From Oscillospiraceae bacterium (GTDB taxonomy: Bacteria; Bacillota; Clostridia; Oscillospirales; Ruminococcaceae): 55,342 nucleotides of DNA. This document shows, in pieces, positions 10,387 to 20,339 of the stretch (positions are counted from its first letter, which is position 1; each line of letters opens with the position of its first letter). The position numbers and the translations under genes are program-made. The stretch is from positions 1-55,342 of the forward strand of contig JAQUTM010000001.1 in NCBI GenBank assembly GCA_028694405.1. Direction: 5' to 3'. The notes under the pieces were generated by a model that searched no databases, was not told the DNA's origin, and was given only the letters and a program-made list of their open reading frames with translations.

Positions 10387-11295
10387 ATGAAGCATTTACT
10401 TACCATTCAAGATTTAGAGCCAAAAAAAATACTGGAGCTGTTAAATTTAGCAGACCAGCTAAAGTACGAGCAAAAGCATGGTATTCAGCATCATCATTTG
10501 GCAGGCAAAACGCTGGGTATGATTTTTCAAAAGGCATCTACCCGTACGCGTGTAAGCTTTGAAACAGGCATGTACCAGCTGGGCGGTCATGCGCTTTTCC
10601 TCTCGGGACGAGATTTGCAAATTGGTCGCGGTGAGCCTGTACAGGACACAGCACGCGTTTTAAGCCGCTATTTAGACGGCATTATGATACGCACCTTTGC
10701 CCAAAAAGAAGTAGAGGATTTAGCTAACTACGGTACCATTCCCGTTATTAACGGCTTGACAGATTACTGCCACCCCTGCCAAATTTTAGCCGACTTAATG
10801 ACAATACGCGAGGTAAAAGGACGACTGGAAGGCTTAAAAATGTGCTATTTGGGCGATGGCAACAATATGGCAAACAGCTTAATTGCAGGCGGCATTAAAA
10901 CCGGCATGACGGTTTCGGTTGCCACCCCAAAAGGCTATGAGCCAAACGCGCAGGTAATGGAATACGCAAAGGCAAACGGCAATTTTACTTTGACTACAGA
11001 TGTGCTTGCAGCCGCGGCAGACGCCGACGTTGTAATTACAGACGTTTGGGCAAGTATGGGTCAGGAGAAAGAGGCGGCTCAGCGTAAAGCTGCCTTTGCA
11101 GGTGTTTATCAAATTAACAGCACCGTAATGGCTGCCGCCAAAGAAAATGCCATGGTATTACACTGTCTGCCGGCACATAGAGAAGAGGAAATTACCGCTG
11201 AAGTGTTTGAGGCTCATGCAAAAGAAATTTTTGAAGAGGCCGAAAACCGTTTACACGCACAAAAAGCCGTGATGGTTGAGCTAATGGCAAACTAA
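10387..11295 (+). CDS. argF: ornithine carbamoyltransferase
   Basis: MKHLLTIQDL start with SD AGAGGGG upstream. Carries the STRTR, HPCQ and HCLP motifs. The ORF-track start at 10234 overlaps argD and is an artefact of ORF extension. Confidence 0.93.
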   Translation: MKHLLTIQDLEPKKILELLNLADQLKYEQKHGIQHHHLAGKTLGMIFQKASTRTRVSFETGMYQLGGHALFLSGRDLQIGRGEPVQDTARVLSRYLDGIMIRTFAQKEVEDLANYGTIPVINGLTDYCHPCQILADLMTIREVKGRLEGLKMCYLGDGNNMANSLIAGGIKTGMTVSVATPKGYEPNAQVMEYAKANGNFTLTTDVLAAAADADVVITDVWASMGQEKEAAQRKAAFAGVYQINSTVMAAAKENAMVLHCLPAHREEEITAEVFEAHAKEIFEEAENRLHAQKAVMVELMAN

Positions 11296-11314
11296 CGCCG
11301 GAGGAGATTAGCCT

Positions 11315-11701
11315 ATGGAATTGCTGGAAAAAGCCGATTTGCAGCTTTTAGACAGAGCGTGGGGTATTTTAACAGATGAGTATACCATTCCCGAAGAAAA
11401 GCCTATTGTAATATCGGCTGTGCGTACAAAAAGCGGTAAAATTTATATGGGGGATAATTTAGACTGTAAATTTGGCGCTTTAGCGGAAAGCTACGCATTG
11501 AGTGCCGCTATTATGGCAGGCGAGCGCGACTTTGAATGTATGATTACGTTAAAGCATCACGAAAACCCTAAAGTGATTAAGCCATACGGAGAAGTTTTAG
11601 AGATGCTTTGTAATTGGCTTGCAGATACTTATATTATTGTAGCCACGCCACAAGGGTTAAAAAAAATGCAGCCAAAAGAGCTGCGTTATCTGTCGCTATA
11701 A
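11315..11701 (+). CDS. cytidine-deaminase-fold protein lacking the zinc ligands
   Basis: Aligns by eye along its whole length to homotetrameric CDA (B. subtilis Cdd type). CAE reads LAE and PCGAC reads PYGEV. GGAGG SD. It is the last gene of the arg operon. Confidence 0.6.
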   Translation: MELLEKADLQLLDRAWGILTDEYTIPEEKPIVISAVRTKSGKIYMGDNLDCKFGALAESYALSAAIMAGERDFECMITLKHHENPKVIKPYGEVLEMLCNWLADTYIIVATPQGLKKMQPKELRYLSL

Positions 11702-11734
11702 TCAAAGCTTTAAAACAATTTGTAAGCTTAAATA

Positions 11735-11782
11735 AAAAATGCAAGGTGCTTTTAACAAACACCTTGCATTTTTGTTTTTTAT
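11735..11782. terminator. bidirectional rho-independent terminator (arg operon / mtnN)
   Basis: AAAAAATGCAAGGTG - loop - CACCTTGCATTTTTGTTTTTT, with an A-run on the 5' side and a T-run on the 3' side. Confidence 0.7.
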
Positions 11783-11900
11783 TGGTAAGCGTGCGGCTTG
11801 GCATTTAAGACAGAAAGACAATGTCTGCATAAGAAAAGAAAATAGTATCCGTACCTGTTGTAAATGCTCTTTGTAAAAATAAATTTATCGCTTAAAACCG

Positions 11901-12590
11901 CTATAACTGTGCAACGGTTTCTTCGGTAATTAAAGTTGCAGTGTGCACATACTCGGTAATGTCAAACTGCTTTACTACCAGCTTGTCGCGGGCGCCTTCA
12001 TCACAGTCATCGCTCATAGCGCGTATAATTAAAAAGGGTACGTCGTTTTTGGCAGCTATATGTCCTACGGCAGCACCCTCCATCTCTACACAATCTGGAT
12101 TGCATTTTGCAGCAATGGCGTTTTTGACGGCGCTGTCGGCGATAAATAAATCTCCTGTGGCAATTTTGCCCACAATATGGTTAATGCCATGTTTATCGCA
12201 CGCTTTTTGTGCGGCTGCAATCATAGATACATCGGCTTTGTAGCAGTCACTGCCGGGGTAGCTTTGAGCAATCATAGGCAGCTCCGCATCGTGGTAACAC
12301 ACCACGTCACTTATCACCAAGTCACCCACGCTGATTTTACTTGTCATATTACCGGCAATTCCGCTAAATAAAATGCACTGTGCATTATATTTGGTAATTA
12401 ACAGCTGAGTAGCACACGCCGCGTTAACCTTGCCCATGCCCGCACAGCAAACCGTCACTGTTTTTCCGTGCAGTTCTCCTGTGGTAAAAGTTACACCTGC
12501 AACAGTTTCGCTTTTTGCACCTGATAATTTACCGTTTAAAATTTTTACTTCATCGGGCATAGCCCCAATGATACCTATTGTATTATACAT
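11901..12590 (-). CDS. mtnN: 5'-methylthioadenosine / S-adenosylhomocysteine nucleosidase
   Basis: IGIIGAMPDEV N-terminus, GMGKVNAA, SGIAG and EMEGAAV motifs of the PNP/UDP-1 Pfs family. Confidence 0.9.
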   Translation of the reverse strand: MYNTIGIIGAMPDEVKILNGKLSGAKSETVAGVTFTTGELHGKTVTVCCAGMGKVNAACATQLLITKYNAQCILFSGIAGNMTSKISVGDLVISDVVCYHDAELPMIAQSYPGSDCYKADVSMIAAAQKACDKHGINHIVGKIATGDLFIADSAVKNAIAAKCNPDCVEMEGAAVGHIAAKNDVPFLIIRAMSDDCDEGARDKLVVKQFDITEYVHTATLITEETVAQL

Positions 12591-12613
12591 GAAACAAACT
12601 CCAAACTGTAATA

Positions 12614-13714
12614 TTACACATTGAAACGAAACAACGTAACGTCGCCGTCCTTCATTACATACTCTTTACCCTCGCTGCGTACAAGGCCCTTTTCTTTTGC
12701 GGCTGTCATAGTACCACAGGCCATTAAATCATCAAAGGCAACAATTTCTGCACGGATAAACCCACGCTCAAAGTCAGAGTGAATTTTGCCCGCAGCCTGC
12801 GGTGCTTTGGTGCCTTTTGTAATGGTCCATGCGCGTACTTCTTCCGGGCCGGCAGTTAAATAGCTGATAAGCCCCAACAGGTCATATCCCGCAACAATCA
12901 GCTTATCCAAGCCGCTGCTGTCCAGCCCCAGCTCAGCCAAAAACTCTGCTTTGTCCTCGCCCTCAAGGTCTGCCACGTCCTCTTCAATTTTTGCACAGAT
13001 AGGCAAGCATTTTGCACCTTCCTCTGCGGCAATTTTTTCCACAACGGGAATATACGTGTTGCTTTCAATACCGCCCAGTAAGTCGTCCTCGCTTACGTTG
13101 GCTGCATAAATAACAGGTTTTGAGCTTAGCAGCGGAATTTCCCGAAAAATTTCTTCCTCGCGGTCTGTGGTGCGAGGCATATTACGGGCATTTTTACCGC
13201 TTTCCAAATGGTCGTAAAGACGCTGTAAAAAGTCGGCCTCATCTATCAGCGTTTTATCGCCTTTCATCATCTTTTTGGTCTTTTCTAAGCGGCGTTCAAC
13301 AAATTCCATATCGCTGAAAATCAATTCCAAATCGATGGTTTCAATATCGCGCGCAGGGTCTACACTGCCCTCTACATGGATAATATCTGTAGAGTCAAAA
13401 CAGCGCACAACATGGATAATGGCATCGGTCTCGCGGATATGGCTTAAAAACTTGTTGCCCAAGCCCTCGCCCTTGCTGGCACCCTTTACAAGGCCCGCAA
13501 TATCTACAAATTCGATAATGGCAGGTGTGTATTTTTTGGGGCTGTACATTTCGGCAAGCTTGTCCAAGCGTTTATCCGGTACGGCAACAATGCCTACGTT
13601 TGGGTCAATGGTGCAAAAGGGGTAGTTTGCCGCGTCCGCATTTTTGCTGTTTGTAATTGCATTAAAAAGTGTGCTTTTGCCAACGTTAGGCAAACCTACA
13701 ATACCAAGTTTCAT
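12614..13714 (-). CDS. ychF: redox-regulated ATPase YchF
   Basis: MKLGIVGLPNVGKSTLFNA G1 motif, and a TGS/YchF C-terminal domain ending GDV..FRFNV. The ORF can extend to 13726 (MENK-). Confidence 0.93.
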   Translation of the reverse strand: MKLGIVGLPNVGKSTLFNAITNSKNADAANYPFCTIDPNVGIVAVPDKRLDKLAEMYSPKKYTPAIIEFVDIAGLVKGASKGEGLGNKFLSHIRETDAIIHVVRCFDSTDIIHVEGSVDPARDIETIDLELIFSDMEFVERRLEKTKKMMKGDKTLIDEADFLQRLYDHLESGKNARNMPRTTDREEEIFREIPLLSSKPVIYAANVSEDDLLGGIESNTYIPVVEKIAAEEGAKCLPICAKIEEDVADLEGEDKAEFLAELGLDSSGLDKLIVAGYDLLGLISYLTAGPEEVRAWTITKGTKAPQAAGKIHSDFERGFIRAEIVAFDDLMACGTMTAAKEKGLVRSEGKEYVMKDGDVTLFRFNV

Positions 13715-14079
13715 TTTGTTCTCCATTCTGTCGCTTTTTTATCAATTTTATAATCAAGACAAAAATCTCCACAAACGGCAAATGAAGATTTTCCGTAAAA
13801 TCAGTCGTTTTGCTTACAAAAAGGCAAATTACCGCCGTTTAGACGATGTTACACAACGTTTTGGTTGAAAACAGCCGCCCATAAAAGCATAATTTAACAA
13901 CTTACTATTATACTGTAAAAAAAGCCTGTGTGCAATGTACTTTTTTTATTCATAATTAAGCAGTATAATAATACAAAATAATATAGTAAAATTGTAACCG
14001 TAAAAATACCCAAATGCAGCTTAATATTGCACCAATCAGCCTATCCTAACTAACATAAAAAGAGGGAGACGTTTTTAAT

Positions 14080-14784
14080 ATGAAAGAATTGATTTTAATA
14101 GTAGATGACGATAAAAATATCTGCGAGCTTTTGCGTTTATATTTGGCAAAAGAGGCTTTTGAAGTGGTAATTGCCTGCAACGGAGAAGAGGCGCTGCGTG
14201 CCTACGAAGCAAACCAGCCGGCTCTTGTTTTGCTGGACGTTATGATGCCTGTAATGGACGGCTGGGAAACCTGCCGCCGTATGCGTGCCTTAGGCAACGT
14301 GCCCATTATTATGCTTACCGCCAAAGGCGAAACCTTTGACAAGGTTTTGGGGTTAGAGCTTGGCGCCGACGACTACATTGTTAAACCCTTTGATACAAAG
14401 GAGGTAGTGGCGCGCATTAAAGCCGTGCTGCGCCGTTACCACCCCCAACAGAGTGCAGGTGCTGTACAGGGAGAAAAAGCAAACGAAATTGTGTACGACA
14501 AATTGCAGGTTAACTTGACACGCTATGAGCTAAAGGTAAACGGCAAAGTGGTAGAGGCTCCCCCAAAAGAGCTGGAACTGCTGTACTATTTGGCAAGCCA
14601 CCCCAACCGCGTTTTTACCCGTGACCAGTTATTGGATGAAGTGTGGGGCTTTGAATATTACGGAGACAGCCGCACGATAGATGTGCATGTAAAACGTCTG
14701 CGTGAAAAGCTGGAGGGTGCCAGTGAGCAGTGGAGCTTAAAAACCGTGTGGGGTGTAGGTTATAAGTTTGAAGTAAAAGAGTAA
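14080..14784 (+). CDS. OmpR/PhoB-family response regulator
   Basis: Receiver domain (LIVDDD.., LLDVMMP, LTAKG) plus a winged-helix C-terminus (RVFTRDQLLDEVWG...TIDVHVKRLREKL). Confidence 0.9.
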   Translation: MKELILIVDDDKNICELLRLYLAKEAFEVVIACNGEEALRAYEANQPALVLLDVMMPVMDGWETCRRMRALGNVPIIMLTAKGETFDKVLGLELGADDYIVKPFDTKEVVARIKAVLRRYHPQQSAGAVQGEKANEIVYDKLQVNLTRYELKVNGKVVEAPPKELELLYYLASHPNRVFTRDQLLDEVWGFEYYGDSRTIDVHVKRLREKLEGASEQWSLKTVWGVGYKFEVKE

Positions 14785-14802
14785 GGCGGAGACGAAACAG
14801 GA

Positions 14803-16263
14803 ATGAGAAAAAGTATTAGTACGCGCTATTTTACAACTACCACTATTTTATTGCTTAGCAGTATTATCTTTTTAGGCTGTACCTTTTTTCTGTTTGCCAT
14901 GCGGTACTTTAAATCAGAAAATGACACAAAGCTAATGGGCATTGTAGATAAAATGGTAACTGTGCTGGAAAGCGGCAAAATCGATACCGGCAGTGTAATG
15001 CTTGCCCTAAGCTTAGACGCGCTTAATACGGTGTCTGACACTGTTGTTTTTATTACCGATACCTACGGTAACACTGTGCTTTGCAGCGAAGGTGTGGACT
15101 GTCCTCACTTTTCGCAGCAAATACCAGCCAAGGTTTTAAACGAAACCTTCAGCAAAGGCTATACACTGGAGGTAAGTACCATGCAGGGGCTGTACACCGG
15201 CCGTTACTATACTGCGGGTAAGCCCTATGTAGATGCAAAGGGTACAGTAGAAGGATTTGTGTTTGCAAGCAGCAATGCCTCTAATTTAACTAACTATATG
15301 GCGGACGTATTCAGCACCTTTTTTATTGCGGCCGGCATAATGCTTTTACTTAGCAGCGTACTTTCTATTGTGCTTACCAGCCGCATGATAACACCTTTAC
15401 GGCGCATAACCGAGGCTGCAAAAAGCTTTGGTAAAGGAGATTTTACCGCCCGTGTACCGGTAGAGGGTGATGATGAAGTGGCAGACCTTGCGGTTACGTT
15501 TAATAATATGGCAACCAGTTTAGAGCGTATTGAGGCAAGCCGACGCAGCTTTATGGGCGACGTGGCACACGAGCTGCGTACACCCATGACAACCATTAAG
15601 GGCTTTGTAGATGGTATGCTCGATGATACCATTCCGCCTGAAAGCTATAAGCACTATTTGGGCATTGTAAGCCAAGAGGTTGGCCGTTTAACGCGGCTTA
15701 CCCGCAACATGTTGGATATTACCAAGCTGGAGGCGGGCGAGTATGTACCTGCTCCTACCAACTACGATATTTGGGAAACCTTGACAAACGTCATGTTTGC
15801 GGCGGAAAAACGCTTTGAGGCCAATCACATTGGCATAGAGGGCTTTGCTCCTTATAAAACTTTGGTATATGCCGACCAAGATATGATTTATCAAGTAGTT
15901 TACAACATTATAGATAATGCGATTAAGTTTACAAATGAGGGCGGAAAAATAAGTTTAAATGTCTTTAGCAAAGGCGGCATGGTAACAGTGGGTATCCGCA
16001 ATACAGGTGAGGGCATAAACGCCGACGCCTTGCCCTACATTTTTGACCGCTTTTACAAGGTGGATAAAAGCCGCGGATTACACGCTGAGGGCAGTGGCTT
16101 GGGTATGCACATAAGTAAGGTGTTGGTAAACCGCAACGGCGGCGATTTACGCGCCGAGAGCGTAGAGGGCGAGTATGCCGAGTTTATTTTAACACTGCCC
16201 GTAGGCGAAGAGGAAAAACTTCCGATTCGCAGCGGAAACAGCAAATTGCAAAAGCGCGGTTAA
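14803..16263 (+). CDS. sensor histidine kinase (2 TM, HAMP, HisKA, HATPase)
   Basis: H-box DVAHELRTPMTTI, N-box YNIIDNAIKFT, G-box GSGLGM. Lies 18 nt downstream of the regulator. Confidence 0.9.
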   Translation: MRKSISTRYFTTTTILLLSSIIFLGCTFFLFAMRYFKSENDTKLMGIVDKMVTVLESGKIDTGSVMLALSLDALNTVSDTVVFITDTYGNTVLCSEGVDCPHFSQQIPAKVLNETFSKGYTLEVSTMQGLYTGRYYTAGKPYVDAKGTVEGFVFASSNASNLTNYMADVFSTFFIAAGIMLLLSSVLSIVLTSRMITPLRRITEAAKSFGKGDFTARVPVEGDDEVADLAVTFNNMATSLERIEASRRSFMGDVAHELRTPMTTIKGFVDGMLDDTIPPESYKHYLGIVSQEVGRLTRLTRNMLDITKLEAGEYVPAPTNYDIWETLTNVMFAAEKRFEANHIGIEGFAPYKTLVYADQDMIYQVVYNIIDNAIKFTNEGGKISLNVFSKGGMVTVGIRNTGEGINADALPYIFDRFYKVDKSRGLHAEGSGLGMHISKVLVNRNGGDLRAESVEGEYAEFILTLPVGEEEKLPIRSGNSKLQKRG

Positions 16264-16385
16264 AACCCAAAACAGTGCGTATATAGCGGCTTTTCAAATA
16301 GTTTTCACATTTGTTTGTTACAGTAAAATATGTTACAATAATTTAATTAACAGCTATATTTAATAAAGCGATACGAGGAATCATT

Positions 16386-17756
16386 ATGAATGACTTGGAA
16401 AACAACATAAACCCCGGCGAGCCTGACGACGATATTGTCGGACAGGAGCCTGTAGATATCCAAAGCGACACGGCAGTACAGGATAAAACGCAGCAAGCGG
16501 ACGCTGCAAACCAAGAGCAGCCTTTTCCCGATATGCCGAAAAACGATGCTGAGCCTGCGCCACTTTATGAGAATGATGAAACACCCGAGCCTGTGTCTCG
16601 CCCCTATAAAGGCAGACGTAAAAAAAGCTACCGTGGCTTGGTAGCTGCCTTACTGGTAACGGGTATTCTTGTTTGTGCCACTTTAGGGGTACTGGTGTGG
16701 AATATAAGTGTGGGCAGCCCCAATAAGCTTCCCACCGACATTATAACACCGGACGGACAGGAGACAGACGATAAAACCTCTCATATTATTTTAGAATCTG
16801 TCCCCTCAGGCACAGATAAAGAGATGAACGACGGTATGTCTGCACAAGAAATTGCAGAGCTGGTTAGCCCCAGCGTAGTAAGCATTAAAACCTATGCCGA
16901 AAACAGTATTGCCCCCGTAAGCGGCGGCAGCGGCATTGTAATAAGCCAAGATGGTTATATTGTCACCAATGCTCATGTCATTTTAGGCTATACGGCTATC
17001 AGCGTAGAGCTTACCAACGGGGACAGCTATATGGCCACTATCGTAGGGACAGACCCACGCACAGACGTTGGCGTGCTTAAAATTAACGCACAGGGCCTTA
17101 CTGTGCCGCAGTACGGCTCCTCTGATGACGTGCGTGTAGGGGAAAGCGTTTTGGCTATCGGTAACCCCGGTGCGCTTTCCGGCACCGTAACCCGCGGCAT
17201 TATCAGCGGGCTTAACCGCGAGATGCAAGTGCAAATTGACGGCAGCGTCTACACCATGTCTTTGCTGCAAACCGATGCCGCAATTAACCCCGGCAACTCC
17301 GGCGGGGCTTTGGTTAATCGGTTTGGCCAGGTAATTGCCATCAACTCCTCTAAAATTATTTCGGAGGCTTATGAGGGGGTAGGCTTTGCCATTCCCATGA
17401 ATATTGCACAGCCTGTTATTGATAACATTATCAATTACGGCTATGTAAAAGACAGAGCTGCCTTAGGTGTAACCGTAATTCCCCTAAACGAGACGGTAGG
17501 CCAGCAAAACGGTTTGCCTTCCCAGGGATTGTACATCAGCAAAATAGAAGAGAGCAGCAACCTAAATGTTTACGGCATACAAGTTGGAGATGTAATTAAA
17601 GTTGCCGACGGTGTAGAGCTGGAGGAAAACAACGACTTGGTAGAACTAATACAAAAGAAAAAACCGGGCGAGACCATTGTGCTGGAAATTTGGAAAAAGA
17701 GTACCGAGGAAACGGTAACCATCAGTGCGGTGTTAATTGAAGCGCCTCAGCAATAA
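16386..17756 (+). CDS. htrA: HtrA/DegP-family serine protease with C-terminal PDZ domain
   Basis: TNAHV (His), GNSGGAL (Ser), a PDZ-like C-terminus, and one TM after an acidic N-terminal extension of about 85 aa. Confidence 0.9.
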   Translation: MNDLENNINPGEPDDDIVGQEPVDIQSDTAVQDKTQQADAANQEQPFPDMPKNDAEPAPLYENDETPEPVSRPYKGRRKKSYRGLVAALLVTGILVCATLGVLVWNISVGSPNKLPTDIITPDGQETDDKTSHIILESVPSGTDKEMNDGMSAQEIAELVSPSVVSIKTYAENSIAPVSGGSGIVISQDGYIVTNAHVILGYTAISVELTNGDSYMATIVGTDPRTDVGVLKINAQGLTVPQYGSSDDVRVGESVLAIGNPGALSGTVTRGIISGLNREMQVQIDGSVYTMSLLQTDAAINPGNSGGALVNRFGQVIAINSSKIISEAYEGVGFAIPMNIAQPVIDNIINYGYVKDRAALGVTVIPLNETVGQQNGLPSQGLYISKIEESSNLNVYGIQVGDVIKVADGVELEENNDLVELIQKKKPGETIVLEIWKKSTEETVTISAVLIEAPQQ

Positions 17757-17964
17757 AAAGGAATAGTGCTGCCTAAAAGTGTAATGCAATGCGCCGGTAC
17801 GCTTTTTGGCGGCACTTTGTTGTAATAAATAAAGTTTTAATAAACAAAGTTAAGGGAAATAACGGCAAAAGTTGAATTTTATAATATTTTCGTATAAAAT
17901 AATATTGTATGTTTATTTATATAGCTTTTTGCATAATAAAGTTTAAAAATTTGGAGGTATACAC

Positions 17965-18609
17965 TTGGCACAGGTTTCACCATCTATTTTGGCGGCAGAT
18001 TTTACAAATTTAGGGGCAGAGTGTACCATGGCTGTACAAGCAGGGGCAGATATGCTGCATTTTGACGTGATGGATGGTATATTTGTACCCAATATCTCCA
18101 TTGGCTTGCCTGTACTGGAGGCATTGCACAAAAAGGTGGACGCGTTGTATGATGTTCACTTAATGATACAAAAGCCGCTGGACTATGTGGCGCGCTTTGC
18201 CAAAGCAGGGGCGCATTACATTACCTTTCACATAGAGGCAGAAAGCGATGCCGAAAAAACCATTGAGGCTATCCGCGCGGCAGGCTGTAAGCCTGGCATT
18301 GTGTTAAAACCCGCCACACCTGTAAGCGCTGTTTTGCCGTTGCTTTCAAAGGTGGACATGGTACTGGTTATGACAGTAGAACCCGGGTTTGGCGGCCAAA
18401 GCTTTATGCAGGATATGCTGCCTAAAGTATCCCAGCTTAAAAAAGAGCGTGAACAACAGGCTTTGACTTATTTGATAGAAGTAGATGGCGGCGTAAATGC
18501 CAAAACTGCGCCTTTGTGTACAGCGGCAGGTGCTGACGTTTTGGTTGCCGGCAGCGCTGTGTTTTTGGCACAGAACCCAGCCTCTGTAATTGCAGGCTTA
18601 AAACAATAA
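17965..18609 (+). CDS. rpe: ribulose-phosphate 3-epimerase
   Basis: SPSILAADF, HFDVMDG.FVPN and VEPGFGGQ.F motifs. TTG start with GGAGG 7 nt upstream. Confidence 0.93.
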   Translation: MAQVSPSILAADFTNLGAECTMAVQAGADMLHFDVMDGIFVPNISIGLPVLEALHKKVDALYDVHLMIQKPLDYVARFAKAGAHYITFHIEAESDAEKTIEAIRAAGCKPGIVLKPATPVSAVLPLLSKVDMVLVMTVEPGFGGQSFMQDMLPKVSQLKKEREQQALTYLIEVDGGVNAKTAPLCTAAGADVLVAGSAVFLAQNPASVIAGLKQ

Positions 18610-18663
18610 CCACAGTTGCTTTTATGCAGCCGTAAAAATTTACAGAAACAGAGAGTAGAAAAT

Positions 18664-19665
18664 ATGAGCGGGAAAACAAAGCAGAAATTGCCGATACACG
18701 AAGGGCATGCCGCCAACAATGATATTATATTTGCACTTATGCCGCTGCTGTTTATGGCAGTTTATATGTATGGGGCTCGTCCGGCCTTTATTGCGCTGTT
18801 GGCAGTGGTTGTGGCTAATATATGTGACTTTATTGTGGCACATATGCGTGGCAGCAAGTGGGATAAAAGCGAAAACAGCAGTACAGCTATTGCCTTAATG
18901 CTGGTAATGCTCTTTCCCGCAAGTGTACATTATTATATTGTAATATTTAGCGTAACGGTGGCGGTTATGATAGGCAAATATGCCTTTGGCGGGTACGGTG
19001 CCTATATGTTTAATCCAACAGCTTTGGGATTTGCCGCCGCCTCTGTTTGCTGGCCCGAGCAAATATTTTCTTATCCGGTTCCCTTTACTACGGTACCTTT
19101 GTGGAACACCGCGGGGATTAAGTTGGTAAACAGTCCCTCTTATACTTTAAAAATGGGCGGCTTGCCCAATGTCAGCTCGCTCAATACCTTTTTGGGCAAT
19201 TACGCAGGGCCTATGGGTGCCACTGCCTGCCTTGTAATTTTGGCCTGTGCCTTTGTTTTGCTTGCACGCAGACGAATCAGCTTTGTGGTGCCCTTTACCT
19301 TTTTGCTAACCGGTGCCGCCATTGCATTTTTCTTTCCCCGCATTGCTTTGGGTGCTCGGTTGGACGTATCCTTTACGGTAGATATGGCGTTCCGTTTAAA
19401 TATTATGCGTTATGAGCTGCTTTGCGGCGGCCTTATTTACACCAGTGTATTTTTGCTAAGCGATTTACCAACACTGCCCAAGAATTTGCTTTCCAAAGCA
19501 ATTTACGGTGTTTTGTTGGGTTTTTCAACCATGATGTTCCGCTATTTTGGCTCATATGAACTGGGTATGTGCTTTGCACTACTGGCAGTAAACTCGATGA
19601 CAGGATACATTGACCGCACCATTATGCGTGTAATTATTAAGAAAAAGGGGGTAAGAGTGCAATGA
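18664..19665 (+). CDS. RnfD/NqrB-family membrane protein (divergent; flavinylation motif not seen)
   Basis: GKYAFGGYGAYMFNPTALG, GPMGATACLVILACAF, GGL..FLLSDLPTLP and LAVNSMTGYID align to RnfD/NqrB blocks. The ORF-track start at 18616 is TTG; the ATG at 18664 is preferred. Confidence 0.75.
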   Translation: MSGKTKQKLPIHEGHAANNDIIFALMPLLFMAVYMYGARPAFIALLAVVVANICDFIVAHMRGSKWDKSENSSTAIALMLVMLFPASVHYYIVIFSVTVAVMIGKYAFGGYGAYMFNPTALGFAAASVCWPEQIFSYPVPFTTVPLWNTAGIKLVNSPSYTLKMGGLPNVSSLNTFLGNYAGPMGATACLVILACAFVLLARRRISFVVPFTFLLTGAAIAFFFPRIALGARLDVSFTVDMAFRLNIMRYELLCGGLIYTSVFLLSDLPTLPKNLLSKAIYGVLLGFSTMMFRYFGSYELGMCFALLAVNSMTGYIDRTIMRVIIKKKGVRVQ

Positions 19666-20339
19666 ATGAGAGAAAAAAAGCGCGTGTTCGGTATTGTGCC
19701 AATAATATGGAACGCTTAACACAGCGAGACCGTATTTTTTTAAATAATCCGGTTATGATACAAGGTCTCGGCCTTGCCCCCATTGTAATTGCGGCTACCA
19801 CCATGAAAAACGCCACCATTTTAGCGGTGGCAGTTATTTTGCTGCTTACGCCCACGCGCGTTATTGCTGCCCTTTTAACGCGCGGCACCTATTTTCGCTT
19901 TCGCGGGCTTACTTATTCTTTAGTGGCAGCTACTCTTTATATTGGGGTTGGCTGGGTATGTATCGCTCTTTTTGGACAGGATATTCAGGCAGTTGGACTG
20001 TATCTGCCTTTGCTGGTAGTAGAGCCTATTATTATCAAACGTCACGAGCGCAACCAAAAAGAACATGTGCGTACCGCCTTTAAAAAGGGCATTTTTACCA
20101 CCATCGGTTTTTTACTGGTTTTATTTTTTGTGGCAGGTGCCAGAGAACTGATGGCTTTTGGAACGCTGTATGGAAAAACAGTGCTTACCGTAATAGCTGT
20201 GCCTGTGGCTCAATACGCAAGCGGCGGGTTTATAATTTTGGGCTTACTGGCAGCTTTATGGCGTTTTGCAACCAATGCCTTTAAAAAGAACATCAATATA
20301 AAAATGAAAAAAATTGAGGCGGAGGGACAGCAAAAATGA
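19662..20339 (+). CDS. RnfE/NqrD-like membrane protein (Rnf-Nqr domain; both conserved Cys replaced)
   Basis: NNPVMIQGLGLAPIVIAATT (canonical LGLCP), LYLPLLVVEPIIIKRHE (canonical PLIVTNC..GRAE), RELMAFGTLY. ATGA overlap with the upstream gene. Confidence 0.7.
   Translation: MNERKKARVRYCANNMERLTQRDRIFLNNPVMIQGLGLAPIVIAATTMKNATILAVAVILLLTPTRVIAALLTRGTYFRFRGLTYSLVAATLYIGVGWVCIALFGQDIQAVGLYLPLLVVEPIIIKRHERNQKEHVRTAFKKGIFTTIGFLLVLFFVAGARELMAFGTLYGKTVLTVIAVPVAQYASGGFIILGLLAALWRFATNAFKKNINIKMKKIEAEGQQK

Noticed and set aside
11614-11808. 64-aa ORF spanning the end of the CDA-like gene and the terminator
   Set aside because: It reads through the terminator hairpin and is out of frame with a supported gene.
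13644-13868. 74-aa ORF in the ychF / response-regulator intergenic region
   Set aside because: It starts inside ychF in antisense and runs through an AT-rich promoter region. It has no SD and no recognisable motif.
13905-13975. 9-bp inverted repeat ATTATACTG ... CAGTATAAT separated by about 45 nt
   Set aside because: It is best explained as two divergent -10 boxes (TATAAT on each strand) for ychF and the two-component operon, not as a structured element or transposon end.
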